A stretch of DNA of 4,543 nucleotides from a virus (lineage: Duplodnaviria > Heunggongvirae > Uroviricota > Caudoviricetes): the IMG/VR virus record IMGVR_UViG_2695420746_000012. One strand, written 5' to 3'. The notes beneath the pieces were generated by a model. That model did not search any database, was not told the DNA's origin, and was given only the letters and a program-made list of their open reading frames with translations. Position numbers and translations under genes: made by a program. Shown here one piece after another: positions 1-4,311 of this stretch; the first letter of the stretch is position 1, and every line of letters starts with the position of its first letter.

Positions 1-11
1 CGCGTTATTAG

Positions 12-55
12 TTATCTTATTCTCAAATTGTGTTACGATAATCCGAGCGGATAAT
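12..55 (+). promoter_or_regulatory. Candidate telN promoter elements (uncertain)
   Basis: Two GATAAT hexamers (37-42 and 50-55) lie within a GATAATC direct repeat (37-43, 50-56). TTGTGT at 28-33 is a possible -35 for the second one with a 16-bp spacer, but that would start transcription inside the telN Shine-Dalgarno, so the true promoter may lie upstream of the window. Confidence 0.2.
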
Positions 56-68
56 CAGGAGAGGAAAG

Positions 69-1964
69 ATGAGCAAAGTAAAAATCGGTGAATTAATAAA
101 CTCACTTGTTAGCGATGTTGAGTCAATAGATAACTCTGACCGTCCTCAAGGGGAAAAAACAAAAAAAATAAAGGCTGTTGCATTAAAATTTAAAAATGCA
201 TTATTTAATGACAAGCGAAAGTTTAGGGGGAAAGGATTAGAAAAAAGAATTACAGCCAACACATTCAATGCCTATATGAGCAGGGCCAGAAAACGGTTTG
301 ATGATAAACTTCATCATAGCTTTGAAAAAAATATACATCGCCTATCTGAAAAGTATCCTTTATATAATGAGGAGCTATTGTCATGGCTTTCTCTACCTGC
401 TGCCGATATTCGCCAAAGAATGTCAGCTTTACAGACAAAATTAAAATTAATTCTCCCTTTATCAGAAGATTTATCTAATATAAGAATTGGTGATAACAAA
501 AGTCATAATAAGTTATTAAAATTATCAAATAAATATAAAGAGTGGCAATTCGCCATTTCTGATTTAACTAGCGATAACTGGAAAGATAAGCGCGATTATT
601 TATATAAATTACTACAGCAAGGATCTGCCTTACTTGAGGAGTTGAATCAGCTAAAAGTTAACCATGAGATTCTCTATCATCTTCAACTAAGCCCTGCCGA
701 ACGAGCATCTATCCAGCAACGATGGGCGGACGTTCTGCACAATAAGAAACGTAACGTGGTGGTCATTGATTACCCTAAATATATGCAAGCTATTTACGAT
801 ATTATAAATAGCCCTGCTACATTAAATAATCTAAACACTCGTTCAGGTATGGCTCCTTTGGCATTTGCACTTGCTGCATTGTCAGGAAGACGAATGATTG
901 AGATTATGTATCAAGGTACATTTACTGTTTCTGGTAAGTATACCGTTGATTTTTTAGGCCAAGCTAAAAAAAGAACTTCTGATGATATAACCAGAAAAAT
1001 ATATACATTATGCGAAGCAAAAACATTTGTTTATTTAATAAATGTACTTCGCTCATGCCCAGCAGCATCTGATTTTGATGATGTCGTTAAAGGTTATGGA
1101 GATAACGACACACGCTCTGAAAACGGACGTATTAATGCCATATTAGCAAAGGCTTTTAACCCGTGGGTTAAATCATTTTTCAAAGATGACCGCCGTGTTT
1201 ATAAAGATAGTCGTGCTATTTATGCCCGTATTGCGTATGAAATGTTTTTCCGCGTAGATCCTCGTTGGAAAAACGTAGATGAGGATGTTTTCTTTATGGA
1301 AATTTTAGGCCATGACGATGAAAACACTCAATTACACTATAAGCAATTCAAGCTGGCCAACTTCTCAAAGACATGGAGGCCAAATACTGGAAACGAAAAT
1401 ACCAGGCTGGAAGCATTGCAGCAGCTTGATGACAAAATGCCTGGATTCGCCAGAGGAGATGCCGGGGTTCGTCTGCATAACACAGTTAAGCAGCTGGTAG
1501 AGCAGGACCCCTCTATAAAAATCACGAACAGCACTCTAAGAGCATTCAAATTTAGCCCAACAATGATTAGTCGATACCTGGAATTTGCTGCTGATGCTCT
1601 GGGGCAATTTGTTGGCGAAAATGGACAATGGCAGCTGAAAATAGATACTCCAGAAATCGTTATGCCTGACGAAGAAGAGCTGGTAGCAATACCTGAACAG
1701 ACGGATGAATTATCAGAGGATGACGATCTGGATGACGACGAAATTGAGATAGAGGAAGAGGAAGAGGAAGAGAGCGTAGAAGAACAGCAACCGCCCGCGC
1801 CTTCTTCACCTGTATCTAAGCCGGTATTTAAGCCTGTGAGAAATATTGGTGATGGCTCATACGTTGTTGAGTTTCATTATAATGGCCAGAATTATGCTTG
1901 GTCCGGCAGTGCAAACAGCCCTATGTCAGCAATGCAGTTAGCATGGCTGACATATTTCGGATAA
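69..1964 (+). CDS. telN: Protelomerase (telomere resolvase) TelN, N15 family
   Basis: 631-aa ORF with Shine-Dalgarno AGGAGAGGA at 57-65 before the ATG at 69. From memory it matches phage N15 TelN along its whole length, including MSKVKIGELI at the N-terminus, SRAIYARIAYEMFFRVDPRW, and the C-terminal YAWSG motif. Tyr424 (LHYKQF), Arg275, Lys300 and His415 sit at positions I recall as TelN active-site residues. An acidic Glu/Asp-rich linker precedes the C-terminal domain, as in TelN/TelK. Confidence 0.95.
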   Translation: MSKVKIGELINSLVSDVESIDNSDRPQGEKTKKIKAVALKFKNALFNDKRKFRGKGLEKRITANTFNAYMSRARKRFDDKLHHSFEKNIHRLSEKYPLYNEELLSWLSLPAADIRQRMSALQTKLKLILPLSEDLSNIRIGDNKSHNKLLKLSNKYKEWQFAISDLTSDNWKDKRDYLYKLLQQGSALLEELNQLKVNHEILYHLQLSPAERASIQQRWADVLHNKKRNVVVIDYPKYMQAIYDIINSPATLNNLNTRSGMAPLAFALAALSGRRMIEIMYQGTFTVSGKYTVDFLGQAKKRTSDDITRKIYTLCEAKTFVYLINVLRSCPAASDFDDVVKGYGDNDTRSENGRINAILAKAFNPWVKSFFKDDRRVYKDSRAIYARIAYEMFFRVDPRWKNVDEDVFFMEILGHDDENTQLHYKQFKLANFSKTWRPNTGNENTRLEALQQLDDKMPGFARGDAGVRLHNTVKQLVEQDPSIKITNSTLRAFKFSPTMISRYLEFAADALGQFVGENGQWQLKIDTPEIVMPDEEELVAIPEQTDELSEDDDLDDDEIEIEEEEEEESVEEQQPPAPSSPVSKPVFKPVRNIGDGSYVVEFHYNGQNYAWSGSANSPMSAMQLAWLTYFG

Positions 1965-1975
1965 AGCATACGGTA

Positions 1976-2008
1976 AAGGCACCGAATTATCGGTGCCTTG
2001 TTGTGTTG
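1976..2008. terminator. Intrinsic terminator hairpin between convergent telN and the antirepressor remnant
   Basis: Perfect 10-bp inverted repeat AAGGCACCGA (1976-1985) / TCGGTGCCTT (1990-1999) with loop ATTA, followed on the + strand by the T-rich GTTGTGTTG (2000-2008). It starts 12 bp after the telN stop; on the - strand it is followed by the weaker TTTACCGTATGCTTTAT. Confidence 0.6.
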
Positions 2009-2009
2009 C

Positions 2010-2174
2010 CTACCTCGCCTGCCCCTTTTCGTCCTCATCAAACTTTCTGATGGCCGTAGAATCAATACCCGACGCCATACACACATCAGATGCAACAAAC
2101 CACGGTTCGCCGTTAATCATCACTACACGAACCTGATGCTCTTCCGGAAAGGAAAAGACTGCTAACGCGCTCAT
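2010..2174 (-). pseudogene. Truncated phage antirepressor, BRO-N/Ant N-terminal domain fragment (54 aa)
   Basis: My own translation of the - strand (below the ORF track's length cutoff): MSALAVFSFPEEHQVRVVMINGEPWFVASDVCMASGIDSTAIRKFDEDEKGQAR. It carries the BRO-N hallmark (FxF...R-hydrophobic-I-[DN]-GEPWFVA-DV...DDEKG) and has a strong Shine-Dalgarno AAGGAGG (2180-2186, - strand) 5 nt before the ATG at 2174. It stops at 2010-2012, right against the telN terminator hairpin, whereas full antirepressors are roughly 200-300 aa. Confidence 0.6.
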
Positions 2175-2404
2175 TCAGCCTCCTTATCGTGCAGCAATTG
2201 CGACGAGAGCGATGCTGAATACCCCTGTGCTTCGTGTGTTAGCTCACACGCAATTTGAAGGAGTTTCCCTGCTTCTGAGAGATAAATCGACGCCTCACAA
2301 CTGGAGATTGTCCGATGGGCTGATGATACGAGCGCATAGACCTGAGCCAGACGTTCATCCAACGATTCCAGCAGGCCAACAGTGTTCATTTTTACCTGAT
2401 TCAT
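2171..2404 (-). CDS. Hypothetical 77-aa protein, translationally coupled upstream of the antirepressor fragment (Icd-like by position only)
   Basis: ORF with Shine-Dalgarno GAGGTGG about 6 nt before the ATG at 2404. Its TGA stop overlaps the antirepressor ATG (ATGA at 2171-2174). No sequence family recognised; the placement matches icd in P1 immI / N15 immA. Confidence 0.5.
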   Translation of the reverse strand: MNQVKMNTVGLLESLDERLAQVYALVSSAHRTISSCEASIYLSEAGKLLQIACELTHEAQGYSASLSSQLLHDKEAE

Positions 2405-2565
2405 GCAGCCACCTCGCGCACCGGAATACGGGCAGACAATACCAGGACAAACCGGCTGGCGAACTGGCGACGAGCTTCCCGTTCAGATGACGCGATAGTG
2501 GAAAGATGATGGATGTGTGACTTTTTGTCTGTGCGAACGACTGCCGCAAATTTGAATTTGAACAT
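2401..2565 (-). CDS. Small leader ORF (54 aa from ATG 2565), ORFx-like, coupled to the next gene
   Basis: The ORF track starts this frame at a GTG (2613) inside an RNA hairpin; the first ATG is at 2565 with a weak AAGAG Shine-Dalgarno. Its TGA stop overlaps the ATG of the 77-aa ORF (ATGA at 2401-2404). Protein from the ATG: MFKFKFAAVVRTDKKSHIHHLSTIASSEREARRQFASRFVLVLSARIPVREVAA. Whether it is translated is uncertain. Confidence 0.3.
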   Translation of the reverse strand: MFKFKFAAVVRTDKKSHIHHLSTIASSEREARRQFASRFVLVLSARIPVREVAA

Positions 2566-2589
2566 GGTATGCACTCTTGTTTGGAAGAA

Positions 2590-2700
2590 CAGTGCTACCA
2601 CCAGAGTTCTCACGCTCTAAGGGGGTGGTAGCCCAGACGGGGGTGAGAATACCGGCCCAAACGATACCGGCCAGCCTTTCGGCTGCCCCGCCTGAGCCAC
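2590..2700 (-). ncRNA. Candidate structured regulatory RNA / leader (c4/CI/CA-like immunity RNA region); boundaries approximate
   Basis: In - strand sense: a 5-bp hairpin with GAAA tetraloop (CAGCC-GAAA-GGCTG, + coordinates 2672-2685); a 9-bp stem GCTACCACC/GGTGGTAGC (2594-2602 / 2624-2632) enclosing a 4-bp hairpin with loop CGUGAGAA; and a single-stranded UUCUCAC (2643-2649) complementary to that loop. It sits directly upstream of the ORFx-like RBS. Confidence 0.3.
2606..2615 (-). repeat. 10-nt motif GCGTGAGAAC (- sense), copy 2, in a hairpin loop (stem AGAG/CTCT, 2603-2618)
   Basis: Exact 10-mer also present at 2780-2789. Here it lies in the loop of a 4-bp hairpin nested within the 9-bp stem 2594-2632. 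Confidence 0.5.
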
Positions 2701-2730
2701 CATAATTCGGATATGCGCAGGCTTATATAC

Positions 2731-2757
2731 ACACAAAAAAACACGCTGGCGCGTGTT
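2731..2757 (-). terminator. Intrinsic terminator within the leader of the antirepressor operon
   Basis: - strand: 7-bp stem (+ coordinates 2740-2746 / 2751-2757, AACACGC/GCGTGTT), loop of 4 nt, followed by UUUUUGUGU (+ strand A-run 2733-2739). It lies between the two GCGTGAGAAC hairpins. Confidence 0.45.
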
Positions 2758-2776
2758 GTGCGTCGCTTGGGATATT

Positions 2777-2792
2777 CGGGTTCTCACGCCCG
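2777..2792 (-). repeat. 10-nt motif GCGTGAGAAC (- sense), copy 1, in a hairpin loop (stem CGGG/CCCG)
   Basis: Exact 10-mer at 2780-2789, flanked by the 4-bp inverted repeat CGGG (2777-2780) / CCCG (2789-2792). Same loop as copy 2 but a different stem sequence, i.e. compensatory pairing. Confidence 0.5.
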
Positions 2793-2812
2793 GCTGCGGG
2801 ATTTACCGCAGC
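2793..2812. promoter_or_regulatory. Operator-like palindrome GCTGCGG-N6-CCGCAGC
   Basis: 7-bp perfect inverted repeat separated by 6 bp (GATTTA), immediately downstream (- sense) of the candidate promoter. Could be a repressor operator or the 5' hairpin of the leader RNA. Confidence 0.3.
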
Positions 2813-2818
2813 GGAGTA

Positions 2819-2848
2819 ACTTTACCGTCAAAACGACGCACACGTCAA
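2819..2848 (-). promoter_or_regulatory. Candidate sigma70 promoter for the leader / antirepressor operon
   Basis: - strand -35 TTGACG (+ coordinates 2843-2848), 18-bp spacer, -10 TAAAGT (2819-2824). A second TTGACG at 2826-2831 has no good -10. Weak match, inferred mainly from position. Confidence 0.2.
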
Positions 2849-2868
2849 TAATTTGCAAAGACATTTTA

Positions 2869-2900
2869 CCCCGTGACCAGTCACGGGGACAGGTGTTTTT
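2869..2900. terminator. GC-rich hairpin with flanking A/T runs; probable terminator separating the four-gene operon from the antirepressor module
   Basis: Inverted repeat CCCCGTGA(C) / (G)TCACGGGG (2869-2888). On the + strand it is followed by ACAGGTGTTTTTAT; on the - strand it is preceded by an A-run and followed by TAAAATGTCTTTG. It lies 62 nt downstream of the - strand operon stop (2950), so it plausibly ends that operon, but the U-tract is better in + orientation. Confidence 0.4.
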
Positions 2901-2949
2901 ATAGTTTGCTTGAACGAGTGATCAGAAGTTGATCGTTAATCAAAGGCCA

Positions 2950-3237
2950 TTACGGATTAAGAGAGTGGAAATACCTAACTAACTTACCGGCATCATCACA
3001 TTTTTCTTTATCTTCTTCCTTAACATAGCCGCGACAGAAGGCTGAATAAAATTTCGCATTTTCAGAAGCAAAAGCAGCCGTCGAAAGGAGCAGTTCTTTG
3101 CATGATTCTTTTGATGCAGCATCGGGATTATTTTTACATGCAAGCTCCGCTGATGAGTTAATAACAGAAATGCTATCTTCCTGGGCATAAACCGCAGCAG
3201 AAAAGGCAAAACATAAAACCAAAATAAAACTCTTCAC
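2950..3237 (-). CDS. Small secreted protein (95 aa, predicted signal peptide, 4 Cys in mature part), unknown function
   Basis: The ORF track begins this frame at a GTG (3261) with no Shine-Dalgarno. A GTG at 3237 is preceded by a strong AGGAG (3243-3247) with a 5-nt spacer, giving MKSFILVLCFAFSAAVYA|QEDS..., a typical Sec signal peptide. The mature part is Lys/Glu-rich with four cysteines. Last gene of the operon. Confidence 0.55.
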   Translation of the reverse strand: MKSFILVLCFAFSAAVYAQEDSISVINSSAELACKNNPDAASKESCKELLLSTAAFASENAKFYSAFCRGYVKEEDKEKCDDAGKLVRYFHSLNP

Positions 3238-3257
3238 TTTATCTCCTGTAACAGTTA

Positions 3258-3659
3258 TCACAACTCAATCAACTTTTTAGCATCAGCCATACGCTTCAAC
3301 CAGTAATCAACAATCGGTTGCTCATCCACAGAATGTTTACCTGGTATAACTCGCCAGCTGTCTGCCGAAAGGCTACCGTATCTATGCGGGAAAAGGCATT
3401 TCTTTAGCTCCTGCCATGTGCTAGGAAAACCGTCTGCCAAAGTGCCAATTAACAGAAAAGGGACAAAAATCAGGGCTACAAACCATCGGGCAAGAAAGTG
3501 CTCAACAATAACCTCTTCACCGTTATAGTAATACGCATACGTATCCCATATACGAATTTTCCTTACCCTAAAAATGGCCTTATGCTGAGAACGACTTAGC
3601 TTGATGCGAATGTATCCCTTATCCAAGAGGGATTGGTGTTTGTATGATTGAACAGCCAT
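3258..3659 (-). CDS. Hypothetical membrane protein (133 aa from ATG 3659; one central TM helix)
   Basis: The track starts this frame at a GTG (3671) overlapping the upstream gene; the first ATG (3659) is 2 nt after the upstream stop and is preceded by GTGGGG. It has a basic N-terminal region (IRIKLSRSQHKAIFRVRKIRIW) and a hydrophobic segment WFVALIFVPFLLIGTLADGF. No family recognised. Confidence 0.5.
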   Translation of the reverse strand: MAVQSYKHQSLLDKGYIRIKLSRSQHKAIFRVRKIRIWDTYAYYYNGEEVIVEHFLARWFVALIFVPFLLIGTLADGFPSTWQELKKCLFPHRYGSLSADSWRVIPGKHSVDEQPIVDYWLKRMADAKKLIEL

Positions 3660-3661
3660 TT

Positions 3662-3988
3662 TTAACCCCACTCACCATCAGCAAACAAAGCGTTATACTC
3701 TGACAATGGTAGACGGTTGCCCTCGATGTAGAGATTCAGTTCATACTTCGTCTCCGGGTTTTCCTTGTCGGCTCGTTCCCAACGCTCAGCAGCCTTACAC
3801 GCCAATAATTCCACTGCTTTCAGATAATCCTCCGTACGGAACCAGCCAAAGATAAGGCCACGATCTGTTACAGCCCAGGCAACCTTTTTTTCTTCCTCCT
3901 GGATAGCCTTAATGCGTCGATCGCATTCATCCCGGCAAAACTGCAGCTGACGGTAATCAAGTTTGTCCAAAAATGCAGTAGTAGACAT
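3662..3988 (-). CDS. Hypothetical soluble protein (108 aa)
   Basis: ATG at 3988 preceded by Shine-Dalgarno GGGGAG, which lies in the last codons of the upstream gene, 4 nt after its stop. No hydrophobic segment; charged and helical-looking. No family recognised. Confidence 0.55.
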   Translation of the reverse strand: MSTTAFLDKLDYRQLQFCRDECDRRIKAIQEEEKKVAWAVTDRGLIFGWFRTEDYLKAVELLACKAAERWERADKENPETKYELNLYIEGNRLPLSEYNALFADGEWG

Positions 3989-3992
3989 ATTT

Positions 3993-4184
3993 TTACTCCC
4001 CGTTCACCGAAAAATCACGATAGAAACATTTCCACATACGATAAGTCTGCGCGAGTTGTTCACCACGAAACATCGCCTTCCTGGCCTTCATGTTTTCCTT
4101 GTGAGACTTTCGATCTATGAACCAAAACCATTGCTGGAACACACAAAGCAAGAGACACAAAGATAATATCCACTGATTACCCAT
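3993..4184 (-). CDS. Hypothetical small membrane protein (63 aa, N-terminal TM helix)
   Basis: Taking the ATG at 4184: MGNQWILSLCLLLCVFQQWFWFIDRK..., an N-terminal hydrophobic helix followed by a basic tail. The Shine-Dalgarno is weak (AGGG about 9 nt upstream). The same frame stays open upstream across the IS2 boundary, so the true 5' end is uncertain and the gene may be IS-truncated. Confidence 0.4.
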   Translation of the reverse strand: MGNQWILSLCLLLCVFQQWFWFIDRKSHKENMKARKAMFRGEQLAQTYRMWKCFYRDFSVNGE

Positions 4185-4220
4185 AGAAAGCGCCCTGCTC
4201 TTCGTAGCTGCATGGGCTAT

Positions 4221-4261
4221 TAGACTGGCCCCCTGAATCTCCAGACAACCAGTATCACTTA
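4221..4261 (+). repeat. IS2 left terminal inverted repeat (IRL), approximate extent
   Basis: Terminal approximately 41 bp of IS2 beginning TAGACTGGCCCCC; the right-hand copy lies outside the window. Confidence 0.7.
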
Positions 4262-4311
4262 AATAAGTGATAGTCTTAATACTAGTTTTTAGACTAGTCA
4301 TTGGAGTACAG

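Noticed and set aside
314-499. 61-aa ORF on the - strand inside telN
   Set aside because: Lies entirely within the well-supported telN CDS on the opposite strand and has no RBS; a typical antisense artefact of AT-rich coding sequence.
1312-1549. 62-aa (+) and 70-aa (-) ORFs overlapping within telN
   Set aside because: Both are embedded in telN in alternative frames or on the antisense strand; no independent support.
1892-2098. 68-aa ORF on the - strand spanning the telN 3' end and terminator
   Set aside because: It reads through the terminator hairpin and the telN stop region in a frame different from the BRO-N stub; the stub's frame has the strong RBS and the recognisable domain.
2212-2549. 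92-aa (+) and 64-aa (-) ORFs overlapping the 77-aa and ORFx-like genes
   Set aside because: Alternative-frame or antisense overlaps of the translationally coupled chain; no RBS and no recognisable features.
2401-2613. Full 70-aa extent of the ORFx-like frame as given by the ORF track
   Set aside because: The track's start is a GTG (2611-2613) inside the 9-bp RNA stem and loop motif; the first ATG at 2565 is the more plausible start, if the ORF is translated at all.
2713-2904. 63-aa Arg-rich ORF on the + strand
   Set aside because: Runs antisense through the candidate promoter, operator and leader hairpins and ends in the terminator hairpin. Its high Arg content reflects the GC-rich regulatory DNA; no RBS. 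A small basic DNA-binding protein cannot be fully excluded.
2979-3209. 76-aa ORF on the - strand overlapping the secreted-protein gene in another frame
   Set aside because: Alternative frame of a gene that has a strong RBS and a signal peptide in its own frame.
3963-4166. 67-aa ORF on the + strand
   Set aside because: Antisense to the first operon gene and the start of the second; no RBS.
2950-4184. Interpretation of the four-gene operon as a lysis cassette (holin, endolysin, spanins)
   Set aside because: The soluble 108-aa protein is too small for known endolysin folds and shows no catalytic motif; the third protein has a central rather than N-terminal TM as in i-spanins; the last protein lacks a lipobox (LVLC with no G/A/S at -1) and looks like a signal-peptidase-I substrate rather than an o-spanin lipoprotein.
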